From assembly GCF_037042905.1 (NCBI RefSeq), contig NC_087245.1:30816001-30880000 (forward strand): a stretch of DNA of 64,000 nucleotides, written 5' to 3'. The position numbers were made by a program, and so were the translations under genes. This stretch comes from Lytechinus pictus (Eukaryota). This document shows, in pieces, positions 50,801 to 64,000 of this stretch. Under the pieces are notes generated by a model. It made no database searches. It was not told the origin of the DNA and saw only the letters and a list, made by a program, of their open reading frames with translations. Each line of letters begins with the position of its first letter. Within the stretch, counting starts at the first letter, position 1.

Positions 50801-53800
50801 GTACCGGTACTTAAAATTTTATAGTCCTTGGTTTTGATCCATGGTACAATTGAAACTTCTTTTGAACATACAAGCCTTTGTAAAATAATCACTAAGTCAC
50901 CAGCCTTTTACAAGGAAGTGCAGTAGAGTCTATAAGTCAATCTTCCAAATGAAACATTTTATTATAGGTGAGGCTCATTATGGATCATTAGGTATCATAT
51001 TAAGCCTTGCACACCAACTGGAATCAACTGGAATAATCTCAGAAGTTGAGCATTTTTTTAACCAGAATATGCAGAATGTGCTATTCACAAAAATTTGTAT
51101 AAAAAGGAACAGTTCTATGGGAAAGCCTCCCTGGGAATTAGTATGGAGTTCAGCAGGTTGAGAAAATGCACTGTAAATAGATTCAAAATCATTCAAAACC
51201 AAGTGAAAAACATAATCAATAAATAATATAATTGCAGGTGAGGTTCATTATGGATCATTAGAAATTATATTTAGCATTGTGCATCAAATGGCATCAAATC
51301 GCTTTTGATTTGTCAGGAATACTTAACCCATTCAGCCCTAGTCAGGCCTGTGTCTATAGACTATCAAAATTATGATGTACATTAATTATGCTCAATGTGT
51401 TAAGTTTACTAACCATGGTGTTTCACAAAGCTGTATGTAGGTAACACACAATGGTACACATAACTGGAATACATTGGTTTGTGCTAAGTCAACTCCATGT
51501 CATATGGATATACACAAGAAAGAATTACCATTCATGTGTTAAGTCATGCCGAACTTACTAACAACTTCATGAAATGACCCCACATAAAAATAATAATACT
51601 ATTATTTCTACTTTTATTTTGTGCTTGATACAGATACATGTACATTATTAACCCAGTCATCGGATCCTGACATGCTAGGACACTATGTATGCACTTTCTC
51701 CACTCTCTGGGAAGTATTTCCCTAAGAGTTTAAAAACTACATTGGTAGGCATATTCCAGAGGCTTTCACATCCTACCAGGTACCCATTTAACACCTGGGT
51801 GGATAGTGGCAATAATAAGAGTGGATTAACACCTCACCAAAGGACACTAAGCCTTGATGGCATTTAAACACACAACCCCCTGGTTTACAAGTTCAGAGTC
51901 AAAACCACTGAACCATGAAACCTCCATCACCAACCGTCATGAGGCTCTCCTCACCTTATTAGCTAATAGGACAGCTGGAATGGTACTGCCGTTGGGGAGT
52001 TGCACTTTTGAGTCTAAATCATGCTTCCACTTGGCTACGGCTTCAAACGTTGACACCCTGGTCACGTCAAAGACGATGAAAGCCCCTACAGCTTCTTTGT
52101 AGTATACTCTGGTCATGTTGCCGAACCTTTCTTGACCTGTAACGGGGGAAGTTATACAAAGACATAGAATTTATATTTACAGTCGACTATAAGTTTTTGC
52201 ACAAAATTCATGAACAAAATTAAGCTAGAAGAATTAATACATCATACCGGTGTGTTGGCTTCGTTGGTAGAGCGTCCGTCTCACAACTGGGAGGTCGGGA
52301 GTGTGAGCTTCAGCCAAAAGACATTAAAAGATTGCTGCTACCCTGTTTAGCGTTCAACAATTAAAGGGATACAGCTACATCGATTCGATGCTGCACAGTG
52401 GCTGCCAGGCCCACGATTAATTGGGTAAAATGAATTTTTTAGAGTATTTCTATTTTAAGAGTTCATTTCAAATATTTAATGAAATATGGATTTCATTTCA
52501 TATCACAGAGCTCTGCAGAAAGCAAAGTTGATTTTCAAACAAAGAAATGTGCATATAAAGGGACTTGCACTTTATATTTTTTTAGTTGTGTTTAATGTGA
52601 CTCATTCTACAGTGGGCCCTGGCTTGAACATGGGCAAATAAAAGAAACTTAAGAAAGGCATGTTCTCACCATCGTGTACTAATAACAAACAAGTCAGAAA
52701 AGGTTAAAGTGCATATGTTGACAAATTAACAATTGGCAAACGTAGAAATTCAATATATTTTATACCTTGAAAGTCGATTTTCAGAGAAACATTGTTTAAT
52801 CATATTTACCCTTGTATAAAGCACCTTCACTTTATTCATTCTATTAGTACACGTACATACATGTACATATCACTTTTTTTGTTATATTTTTCAATTAAAA
52901 TGATTTATTATGAAATGTACTCTAATGATTTGTGGAATTTATAAATGAATAATATATGTAAATACATGTAAATGTACCAGTATATGAAAAGGCATTAAAG
53001 CAAACCCTTTTGTTCAATGGATAGGTACACTGTATATAAATCTGAAGATCAGGTGAAAACATCTTTAATAGAGAAACACAAATCAGGTCCAAGCAATCAC
53101 ATGATCAGCTATTTTGTTTGATAGCAAAGTAGTTATGAAAGAACAAATATAAATGATGTTAGGGTACGTGCAGATTTTATGGCTTTCACAAATGCAAACA
53201 AAATTTGCTTGGAATTGCATACAATGTAGATAGGGGTAGTCAAACTATTGATTCCAACTATATGTATATTCAGGTACCACATAATATGCAAGATTTAGAA
53301 GTTCAGCTTGATAATGGATAGACAATGATTAAGTGCATCAAATCTTAATCTATCAACTCAAACTGATACATTTGATGGTTGAAGCCATTAAGCCATACTT
53401 GACTATTATGTGGCCAAAGTACTTTAAACCACTTCCCCTATGATATGTAAACAAACCTGCTCGTACATGTAGGCCTACACTGTACATGCATGTACATGTA
53501 GTGGGACCTAAGTTGTGCACTCTTGTACAGAGTACCTGGGTATATAATTTCCAATAACAATTTGAAGCATTATAATACAAATACAGTATGTGTATGTGAA
53601 CCTTCCTTGGCAAGCAGTGCTCTTAATCATGTGATGTACACTTTCAAAACTTTCTACTTTCTATTTTCAAAGCCGAAACCAAATGGTGGAGTTCTAAGCA
53701 AAACAACATCATTTTTAAAGTAATATGTCAATGTTGGGAATGAAACATTGTCTTGAAGAAGTTTCCTACTGAATGATAAAGATGAAGGCTTGGGTTTAAA

Positions 53801-56800
53801 ACACACCAAAAAAAAAATGAGTGGATGACGTCATCAATAGTGAGTGGATGACGTCATCAGTCTCCTCATTTGCATACCGACCGGGATGTGCATATTACTG
53901 TTTTGTGAAATTAAGCGAAACTGTAAAATCTCACAACTTTCTCATTTTACATACGATTTTGATAAAATTTTCAGTTTTAATTTTATGCTTGTTGGATTTT
54001 TCTCTTTTTATTCCAATCAACTTTTTGTTGGGGTTGAATTGTCCTTTTAAGAGATATCTACTCTTTATTTTTGCATCTTCACGAAATGAAAATGTACTAG
54101 ATAATACCTTTACATACATGTACTTGGTTAAAAAGAGGCTGTTCTCACTCAGTTCCTTAAACTAGTTTAGTGGAAACTAGTTTAGTGGAAACTAGTTTAA
54201 CGCTAAGTGAGAACGGTCGAAGCGCTCTTGGAAGCGCTCTTCCAAACCAGTTTGGAAGACCACCTCGCGATGTAGTTTTCAAGATCGCTTCGCATCGGAA
54301 AAGTGGTTTTAGCGTAAGTGAGGACACAACCGTTCTTCGGGAAGCGATCTTCGCACATTTTGAGCGCGCTACTCCACACGACAGGTGTAGAATGCCTATG
54401 CTGCGGTTTCGAATTTCGCGCGAAACGTGTCTCCCCACTGAGAGCGTTTCCATAGCAACAAGAGCGCTATACGTGAAGTGATTTTGAAAACCACTTTCGT
54501 GTGATCAAGTGAGAACGCTAGCAAAGCGATCTTCCAAACTGGCTTTCTGAACCGGTTCCCAGTAAACTAGTTTTAGGAACGTAGTGAGAACAGCCTCAAA
54601 GCATGGATATGCAAGTACAAACAACCCTCCAATTTCTGAACTGACAGAATAATGGGGAGGGGGGATTTGGACAACCAATTTGACCCCCCCCCCTGCCCTG
54701 GAATTCACCTCCCATAAATCCAAAATAATATCAAAGGCACACTACATCTACATGATAGTATGTCCTGCCAAATATGCAGAACATCAAACATATAATACAT
54801 GTAGATCTACAGTGTACAGACTCAATAAAGAACGGTCTCATGCTTGCCTCCCCATCACAAAATGATCGTAATTGGACCATACTTTTAAAACCAGACTTAA
54901 AAAATGTTCGTTCATTTCAATTGAGCATTCTTGAGGTGTTCTCTTACGTACCTGCTATATCCCATAGTTGTAATCTGATTAGTGTATCTGCATCCCAGTT
55001 GATCACTTTTAAGGCAAAGTCGACACCAATCTACAATGGTGAACATAAGAAAAATAAATCATTAGAAAGAGTGAAAAACAAATCTGCAAGTGGAAATATA
55101 AATCATTACTAAGAGTGATAAAAAAACAATCTGCAATGATAGAGAGAAGAAAAATAAAACATTATGAAGAGTAAAAAACAATTGGGGAAACAAGAGAGAA
55201 AGAGATAGATGGGGAGGGGGCGAAGGAGAGAGAGGAGGGCAAATTTGGTGAGAACCAGTTCATGGGGGCCCAAGATATGACACAATGAATACAAAATTAG
55301 CCCCACTGAAATCGATGTGTTATTCGCCTGGTTCATAACATTTACATGTAGTACCAGGCCAATTTTATTAATATAATGATTTTGATTGGGCTGATTATGA
55401 ATTCATAATCAATTTCCTGATAATTTCTACCTGTTTTTATTATAAAGTTGAAAGGGGTCAAAATTGCAGAGAATGTAATTGAAACTGTGCAAAAAAGGGG
55501 GTAGGCCTACTTTTATTTGGGAATGATCATGCGTTACACCTTCAAATACGAAGTGCAACCACCGGGGCTTAGATACCAAAATATGATACAAAAAAATGCT
55601 GACAATATGCAAGAACAGACAAATATACATGTATGACGTCACACTTCGGTAACCTAGGGTAATTCGATTCAAAGCTGATCATTTCAATCTGGATCCTGGA
55701 ATGAGATATAAATCCTATTAAGGCAAAAATTTGATCCAAAACTGAGAACAAAACTTTGTTTTTGAAATCACCAAGTTCATGCCAACACGTGACTTTGCAA
55801 TTACATGTGAATCTTTTTGGACCACATAAATTTGTTCAACTTTATTTTCTTATACTTAGTTCAAACAATTTGCATATATTCTGGTTTAAAATAATGTTTT
55901 GAGTTACAGACGGATGATTCATGCAGTCAATTATACTGCAATTACTAATATTTTTATTGTATCACCAATGTCATATACCCAGAAACAGTCAAAATGAAAA
56001 TTTAAATCAAATCAACACGTACAGGGGTTAGACGTGATCATCACAAGTTCCAGTTAAAATGGACTTTGGCTCTAGTTCAGGAACCAAATCAGAAATTGAT
56101 CCCAGTGACAAAAATCAAGTGATACAGTTCATTCACACAATTATGTCTACGTACAGCTATATGTATACATCTTCATGTAGATAATGGATTTTCCAACAGT
56201 TTGTCATTGGATGGAACTTAATGTAAACTGGTAGGCAAAATCAAAGAACGGAAATGGACATAAATATGGCTGTGGGATGTATTTCAACATACTTTTTATA
56301 CAGCAATTTTTTTTATTAAACATATTTGTGACTTGATTTTGGCATTTGGAATGCAAAATGCGCAGGCCTACATGTATACAATCTGAACTTGGGGTTTAAA
56401 TTTAAACTATGGCCTATAATATATGTGGTTTACTATGGATCGATAGCCAACTCTGACATACACTGTCAATCTCTAATAGTACATGTACATGTTTAATTGG
56501 CTCATTTGACACTCAAACTGTCAGGAATTAAACTAAAATTATTTTCTTTACCATTAATTCATTATGAATGAGCTAAAAAAACAAGCAAAAAAAAAACAAC
56601 AAACAAACAAATACTGTTAACAAACTTTTGATTTTTTCAATTTCCTATAATTTTTGCACAAAGTTAGGCCATGGCCTAATTTAAACCAGACTTTATTGGG
56701 CCTCAATATTTGGAGGTGCAAAGAAATCTACATAGAACATCAAGCCATGCCAATTATGTGTCACAGAACTTGTATTTGTTGAACGTGTAACATGCAGAAT

Positions 56801-59091
56801 TCAGTCAACATTTTTACTTTAGAATAAATGACTAAAATAAAGTCCCAGTTTATCTCCATGTACAGGCATGTCATGAAAATCTTCTTTTTTTTTTTTTTTT
56901 TTTTTTTGGGGGGGGGCTTTCATACTCAAGTTATTTCCAAAGTCATATTTAAATACATACCTTAATAAAGACTTTTAATGTAACACAGCCCCACTCTTCG
57001 TTGCATATTAAAAGACAATTTTTTCCCCTTTGGTGTAAATGAACCTAGATTGATGTTGATTTCTAATGAGGCAGTAATCAGCGTGGATGCACTTGAAGTA
57101 TGATAGGAAATAATTACTAATTAAGCACTTGATCTTTGTCATATTATCAAATCAGATTCACATATATTGACTTTGTGCACAAACATGCATTAGAAGACAA
57201 TCTGTTTTATAGTAATACCCAAATTTATCACTAAAAAGGCAGCATTGGTGAAAATTTATGCATGAGTACAGTGCAGTAGTATATGATCACTGCTTGAGAG
57301 GTATGCTATGCATGTGTGATAACCATTTGCAATTCAATTGGCGGTATAAAGAAGAAATTACACTTTCAGAATTAATGGCTATTTACAGATAAACTTCCCT
57401 AGCTTATTGTTGGTTTGGGGAAGCTTTTATTATACAACCCTGGGAATATTATGATTCCTTCGGAAATCTGCACCATTTTTTGTTACTACAGTAGTTTGGT
57501 ACAAGAACACTTTCAAAGAAAGTCAGAGACAAATTGATAAAAAGAGAATAACTTGAAATCTCTAAGAAATTTGATTCCAAGAAGATCTAAGCCATGCTCA
57601 TATTATGGGGAGTTAGTTATACAGACTCCTGTATTATGGAAATGAGAAAGAGAAATATAAGTTATCAATATCGTACAATCATGGAGCTACTAACACAAAA
57701 TGAAAACAAAGATATGACATGGAGTGGAGTCGACTCTTTGATGATAGTGCTACTTGTAAGACTTGGAAAACTACTATATGACAGGAGGAAAAACAAATAA
57801 ACCAGTGCTCTGGGATAATTCGGCCCCCCCAAAAAAAAAATGCTTCCAAGAACCCTCAAATGAACTAAAAAGATCCCCTGAAATTACCATACATGTACTG
57901 TACATGTAGTAGGGTCCAATGCAAACTGTAAAAATATGCAGCAAATTTTGGAAGGTGAGCTCAGAAAGGAGCCCAGGAGAGTTTTTTAATTATTATTATT
58001 AAAAATCTTTTGCCTGGTGCATGATCAGACTCAGCTAACCATCCGTTAACGGGGAAGGGGTCTCCTTTACCCTTTTAAAATGTTAACGAGGGACAATTTG
58101 GCACTCGATTTGCTTCTTTGATGACAAGCACTGAGCATCTTACCCATTGAACCCATTCACTACTATTTTTTTTTTCATAATGCATGCGCGCAAATTACAA
58201 CCTTATTGTGATGTCAGACCTTCATTTTAATCCTGCAGGGCCCCGTCTTACAAAGATTACAATTGATCCGATCAAACTCAAGTACATGGAAATCCATCAA
58301 TGTCATATTTTTTCTTTAGGAAATTTGTTCAATGTCTTTTGAAAACAAAGAGAAGCTTACTTACTTGTCAAGAAAACGCTGAATTAAAAGTACGGTGGGT
58401 CAATACTGGAATTAATACCCGTAAGCTCTTCGACCCACAGGACCTCGCATGGCAATGAACGTTGGTGCCGCATGTAAAACGCACAAAGGAACACTAGTCC
58501 CCATCTTACAAAGAGTTACGATTGATCTGATCAACCTCAAGTATATATGGAAATCAATCAATGTCATAATTTTTTCTCCAGGAAATTTGCACAATGTCCT
58601 TTGAAAACAAAGAGGAGCACGAGGAATGGTCAAGAAAACGGTGAATGTTTCATAATCTAGAAAACATTTTGAGCAAACATGTATTTTAGATTTGGACATT
58701 GCTGGCTTTCCATAGATTTGGTTGATTAGATCATCGTCACTCTTTGGGCCCAGGGGGTAATGAGTTGTTAAATGGGGGTAAATGGCAGTAACTTTGTTTC
58801 ACCTGAATGCTTTATATAGAAAGCATTCTATTAAAATGAATGCTTGTAAGCAAGCAACCAGAGGACCATGAAATCATAAGGTCCTATCTGAGGAACCTAG
58901 AAATGAGGATAAATGATTCCTTACTTGCAAATACCCATGTAGGAACCATAAGAAGGCAAACTTACTGTGGCTCTGTAGTGCTGTGAGAAGAACTGATGGA
59001 CGTATCTCTTGATGACACTGGTTTTGCCGACTCCCAAGTCTCCTATGACCAGCACCTTATAAAGATGCTCTCTCTTCTCACCTGCTGCCGC
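47731..59091 (-). CDS. RAB32: Rab32/Rab38-family small GTPase; join(59091-58966,55030-54952,52136-51955,50569-50426,47841-47731); start codon lies in an unidentified upstream exon
   Basis: GDLGVGKTS P-loop, ATIGVDFALK, subfamily-diagnostic WDIAGQERFGNMTRVYYK, NKCD, ETSAK, C-terminal ACC prenylation motif; intron phases 0,1,0,0 consistent. Confidence 0.95.
47996..48166. mobile_element. Hairpin Harbinger-like MITE
   Basis: ~48-bp perfect inverted repeat gtttcataaagctgttcgtaagttaagagcgactttaagaacgactgg. Confidence 0.85.
48744..48875. mobile_element. ~135-bp Harbinger-like MITE
   Basis: ggggcccgtatcacaa / ttgtgttatgggaccc. Confidence 0.7.
50426..50569 (-). CDS. RAB32: Rab32 exon (CDQTKEG...FETSAKDNINIDEAARFLVTS)
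   Basis: ttcag acceptor, GTAAGT donor, 144 nt. Confidence 0.95.
51590..51920 (-). mobile_element. Degenerate tRNA-derived SINE
   Basis: Shares the ggtacccatt...cacctgggt core and ATT tail with 19003-19256. Confidence 0.55.
51955..52136 (-). CDS. RAB32: Rab32 exon (GQERFGNMTRVYYKEA...VLLANK)
   Basis: ttacag acceptor, GTGAGG donor, 182 nt. Confidence 0.95.
52247..52430 (+). mobile_element. Degenerate tRNA-derived SINE (Nin-domain-like)
   Basis: A-box-like tggcttcgttggtagagc, then caaaagacattaaaa...gctgctaccctgtttagcgttcaacaattaaaggga. Confidence 0.5.
54135..54597. mobile_element. Harbinger-like MITE with internal repeats
   Basis: gaggctgttctcact...ttccttaaactagttta / taaactagttttaggaac...agtgagaacagcctc; 3-bp AAA flanks. 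Confidence 0.8.
54952..55030 (-). CDS. RAB32: Rab32 exon (IGVDFALKVINWDADTLIRLQLWDIA)
   Basis: ttgtag acceptor, GTACGT donor, 79 nt. Confidence 0.94.
58238..58751. mobile_element. Harbinger-like MITE with duplicated left part
   Basis: Same family as 450-913; left ~145 bp present twice (58238 and 58497). Confidence 0.7.
58966..59091 (-). CDS. RAB32: Rab32 exon (AAAGEKREHLYKVLVIGDLGVGKTS...HYRAT)
   Basis: catacag acceptor, GTAAGT donor, 126 nt. Confidence 0.9.
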
Positions 59092-59946
59092 CTGTATGGT
59101 GGAGGCAAAGAGATTGGCAAAAAGGGGAAAAAAGGAGAAAGAAATGAGGATCATATCGAGGAATATCCTGCACAAAGGAGGTTGTTACGTCAAACAGATA
59201 CTCTCTGAGACTCTCTCCTAAACAGACTCTGCCTCGGTATGCTAGAAGAGGACGCAAGAATAACAAATTATAAGATATCATTTTAAAATATTTTTAGGCT
59301 GCGGATGAGACAATATGTCACGATCACTGGTATCATGGACCTATTACAAATAGGTCCATGCTGGTATCATGGGTTTACAATTTCATACCCACTCAGTAAG
59401 TTCCTCTTCCAAATCGTCTGAGTGAGAGGATTCGAGACTCGACATGATTGTATGATGCATTTAGTATTGGTTTGTCGTAACAGTACCAGGTTATAAAAAG
59501 AATACTGATCATACGATGCATGTGACTATAAAGTTATTTTATGGGGGAAAAAAACAGAGTTTGGGTGGATAATGAAAGTTAGGTGTAAACTGGGGATTTT
59601 AGAAAGAATAGGGATTCCTTTCCAATCGACTTTGAAACTTTCATATTTCAACTTTTTATATCATCATGTAAACGTTTTGAGAACCATGAGAGGTACAGTG
59701 ATGTATCTTTAACTGCAACTTGTATAAGATCATGTTAAAATGAATATATTCCCCCATATTTCACATTAATATTGGATATCTTGTCAAACAGTAAATGTAA
59801 TTTTCATCATGTTTCTAATACGTTCAAAAATATATTTTTTTTTTAATGTGAAAACAAAAAAGTCTTCTTTCTTTCCTAAATTTTTACTCTATACTTGGAG
59901 GTGCTAGAATTCTCCTTGGCGGGCTGTTAAAATCTTGTACAGACGA

Positions 59947-60235
59947 GGTGATGTGGACGAGTGGACAAGTCTCCGGACTATGAAGAACTAGATCCAGGGT
60001 TTAAATCCCACTGCAGCACTAGTGTTTGTTGCATACATGTACATTTGTCACTCTCCATCCAGGGGTAGTAAATGGGTAACCAGTAGGAATTCCTTGAATG
60101 CTTGAGCGACCGATCAGGGTAGCCAGGCCAAAGACAGCCCGGGTAATATTGTGCATTATCATTACTTGGAAAAGAGTTTTCGTACCTGAAGTGGCTACCC
60201 TGGGCAAAATATGACAATATTATTTATCATTATCA
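59947..60235 (+). mobile_element. tRNA-derived SINE, nested in an older TIR element (~59903-60455)
   Basis: A-box tggacgagtgg, B-box ggtttaaatcc, core ccaggggtagtaaatgggtaacc; flanking inverted gggctgttaaaatcttgtacag / ctgtacaagtttttaacagccc. Confidence 0.6.
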
Positions 60236-60916
60236 TTAGTGTACATCTCAAAATGTAAACAAAAACAGCTCTAAATAGAACTACAATGCATGTATGACAT
60301 ACATAAAGTGGTAGCCTGCTTTTGATAAAGAGTTCTTTGCAAATTTTTACTTTGCTTGAAAAAAAACCAGCTATTAGACATTGCCATGATACAGCTTTTT
60401 TTTTTAGACACACTGCCTGTACAAGTTTTTAACAGCCCACCGCTGATATCCTAGCAAATTTACATGTAGGTCTTTCCTCTGAATCTGAAGAATGCTTACT
60501 CACCTTAAACTCAGGTGAGATCTATTGAAAAACTAGTCTCCGGTGTATCCCAGTGATTAACAAGTCCACAAAGAAAGACTCTGTTACATCATAATAATCT
60601 CTTGATTCAACACACATTTGTATGGTGTATAGAGCTGACCAGTGGACAAGCCCAAGTAAAATATTTGTAACATGTACAGGGTCAGTTGCCCAAAGGAACT
60701 TATATTTGTATAATTACACCTTCATTTTGAAAAGTATATTCAGAAATAAGTCAAGGCAGTGATAGTGTCTCTTTGTACTTACAGAACATTGAAGAGAGGG
60801 CATCTTCTGTGTCTTTTTTAAATCTTTAACAAAAATGTTTTTGTTCTTTGGGTTTTACTGCACTCTCATTACAAGAAAAATATATGTGCCACTCATGTAC
60901 AATTTATTTTATATAT

Positions 60917-61333
60917 GGGTGATTCCACGGGGTTGGGGCAATTTTTGTGACATACCACAACTACAAATCCATGTTTTTCAAACCAGGCAAATATATTCCA
61001 ATAATGGCATGAGCAAACAAATGGTGTCCCATCCAGTATTATTTCTCAAAGACCATGGCATATTGCAATTTGACTCATGAAAATTTCTTGCCCATGTAAA
61101 AACAATATGATGTCTATGTAACGGTGGTAGATTTTTGTATGCCTGTTGCTTCAAATTCATAAAAGATTTCCACATAAATTTAATGTTTATTCCTGAGAAA
61201 AGAGAGCAATCTTTTATTGATGGCTCAAAAGTTAACCACATCTAAATTGATCTTCATGGTGAACTGCGAAGGTGGATACCTCCGTTACATGGACATTGCA
61301 TGCAAACTTTGCCCCAACCCCATGGAATGACCC
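60917..61333. mobile_element. Sola-like MITE
   Basis: 25-bp TIR gggtgattccacggggttggggcaa; 4-bp ATAT TSD. Confidence 0.75.
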
Positions 61334-64000
61334 ATATATAATGACCTCATTTTTATTTTTTCATATTTCATCAGTATGCAAACCCTTGTGTATTAAAGGA
61401 ACATGTGTACTAGTGTAAACTTTTAGTAATGTTCAATAACAAAAAATGAGTTAAGACATTCAGAATTTTTTCACAAGAGCAAATACAAGAATGAACAAAT
61501 TCAGAACAAAATTTGGTTCTTCCCATTCATCCAGTTGTGTTCCATACAGTAGTATGTATATTTGAGAGATGGAAAGCCCCTAACTCAACAAAAAAGGAGG
61601 CATTTTCTCCAATCTGTCACGTGGAACTGGGAAAGAAGGAAGATTCAAAGCCTTCTTTTGCATGCTGGACATCAGACAAAATGATCTTTGTATTTTCAGG
61701 GGCTACTTTTCACAGCCTCCTGCATAACTCTGCAACATCAATAATAATATTAAATATACGGTACAAAATTTATAAAGCGCTTTATACGGACATTTCAAAG
61801 CGCTAAGAAAGAAGAAAAGAAAGAAGAATAAGTACAAGGTATCTCAGTAAAAGAACAACAAAGAAACTGAAAGTGAAAACACCATTACGAAAATTAAGTA
61901 TACAAATATAGAGATAATCGGCGAATATATAAATTAAATATGTAACAGGTCGATAATCATGTGAGTAAATTCAAATAATCCTCATAATTAAGAACACAAT
62001 CCAACCTAAAATATACAAACACAATATGATTAAGAATGCAAATCAACTGAGGGGCATAATTTCATACAAAACACAATGGAAGCGAAAGATAGGATAGCAA
62101 AACTTATAGTACAACATTGGAGAAGCAGTGAATTCATGGAGATTTTCGGGGGCTCTTTTGAGGGTTTTGGGGGGAAAATTGCCCCCAGCCCCAATGCATT
62201 CCCCCCCCCCCCTGCTGGACATCCAGAGAGCATAGAATATGCACAATCTCAGAAATTCCAGGGCCTTCCTTTCAATTGGTTTGTCATTTACAAACTGTAT
62301 TCTATTAGGTGTGGGCTATACATGGCTAAAAAATACTTCTTTTTTTTAATATGGCAACAGTTTTTTTTCTTATTTCCTTGTAATGTTTCTCAACATGAAA
62401 CAATAAAAATTTTTGTCTTGGGTGCGAGAAAAAAGTGTGCTGGGCCAAAATTCAAAATGGCCGCCAAACCCCCACCCCCACCCCCAAAAAAAATCACAGT
62501 TTTTGACTTTTGGCCACAATATCATTAATTGGTGATGTTTTTCTCTGGTTTTGGTGTCTATTCATATGTTATATGGGGCAGGCGATTTGTTTTTCCTAAA
62601 ATCAGTACTTTAAAAAAATAATTTGTAAGTTAAAAGATGATTTAACCTAAATTTTAGGGCCTTTTTTAGCCAAAAATTACGCTCCATCGTCATGTGGTCC
62701 TTGGATATTGGACGATATGAGTTTAACAATAGCAAGCAGCGTGATATTGCTTTTATTTCTCTTCTTTGGGTTTTACAGATATTTGCGAAATTATATATCT
62801 TATTAAATATAAAAAAATGTCATTTATCCATAGGGGTAATACAGTTTACATGTCCAATGTACTGTACGTATACTGCACTGCATATGTATGTCCATGCATT
62901 GACCAGCATGACATGGTATGTATATAAATTATAGAGTCATAGAAATTAGCTTCTGGGGTTTAGAATTAGATGCCTCAGAAATTGAAGATATAAAATGTTT
63001 TGTCTCAGAAATTGAAGACATGTTTTGTCAAATGTACAGGGGATGGAGAGAGGTAAATATCACTAACGATGGATTATAAATAGTCAACCCCACATGATGG
63101 CATTTACACTGTAGCTATTCTGGGCCCTGTTGCATTAAAGGCCCATTCTCCGATAAAGCGCTACAATTTGGATTGGTATAAGTAAAAAATCAACCACATA
63201 GAACTCATTAAAATAACATCTCATTTGAAACTTTAATGCTTGAACAACATGGAACAACAAACTGATGACTTTTAACATGTCAGCTTTTTACAGAAATTCA
63301 ACTGAAACATCACCCTTGAAAATTAGTATTAAACTGGCTAACAGATACGTTACCGCAAGTCCCTCGTACCAAAATTGTCATTTGTAGTGCAAATTTATAC
63401 AGCATACGTCCTATAACTTTTGTTATTGATAACTGCTGACCCCCTGCAAATAACAGGATTGGACACATGAGAAATCTATATGATAAAGACAACTGGAATG
63501 GCTAATTATAAGCTAACATCTTGGTTAAAGTGTTGGAAACAGGATTTATTGCCTTGTGAATTTCAAAACTAACTTTCTTTCGAGTGACTGGTCCAATAAC
63601 ATCGAGAAGGCATATCAAAGTACCATGAAATTAAAACTTTATTGACATAAAACATAATAAACAAAAAAGATGATAGACACAGAACCTTCAGACAAGGTAA
63701 TGACCCTTCAAATAATAACCATGTATGCGGTAACGTATCTGTTTCCAACATCTCTGTATTCAAATTTACCTCTTTATCAAGTTTAAGTCAGAATAAAGAA
63801 TAGAATAATGGAAATTCCTCAATATTTTAACTACTCCTAAAAATGCGACCTTATACCGCGAAGAAAAGATGCCCATATGAAATTATTCTGAAAAGAAAAT
63901 ACATTAATGGGATGCAGACATACTGTCCAAATGTTCGTTTTTATTGTCAGAATTTTGCTGGTTAATTCATATTTCATTTAAGTCATATTTACCAATCAAA

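Noticed and set aside
60499..60600. Strong minus-strand donor AAG|GTGAGT as the Rab32 start exon
   Set aside because: An in-frame TAG lies seven codons upstream with no ATG between; at most a non-coding exon, which cannot be supported here

Overview
AT-rich, intron-containing animal genomic DNA. The gene set and repeat families suggest a sea urchin or other echinoderm; this is an inference, as no database search was possible. Three spliced genes can be built by hand from GT-AG junctions with consistent phases. (1) The 5' part of an OATP/SLCO organic-anion transporter, minus strand, 7 coding exons between 6468 and 1396, continuing off the left edge. (2) A complete 4-exon, 362-aa alpha-2,8-sialyltransferase-like (ST8Sia, GT29) gene, plus strand, 22986-27612. 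(3) A Rab32/38 small GTPase, minus strand, 5 coding exons between 59091 and 47731, start exon not found. The rest is dense with non-autonomous DNA transposons (hAT-, Tc1/mariner-, Kolobok-, Harbinger-, EnSpm- and Sola-like MITEs), tRNA-derived SINEs, a Helentron-type element carrying a solo LTR, and microsatellites. The most striking structure is a ~6.6-kb foldback element (32331-38950) with hAT-like ends, whose inverted arms are arrays of a 143-bp satellite-like unit. It is one of at least four DNA-transposon insertions into one (TAC)n tract. Two smaller TU-like foldback elements with 15-16-bp repeat arms are also present. No transposase ORF, CRISPR array, rRNA or intact tRNA gene was recognised. 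Most ORFs in the track are repeat artefacts. Superfamily labels rest only on TIR/TSD signatures.
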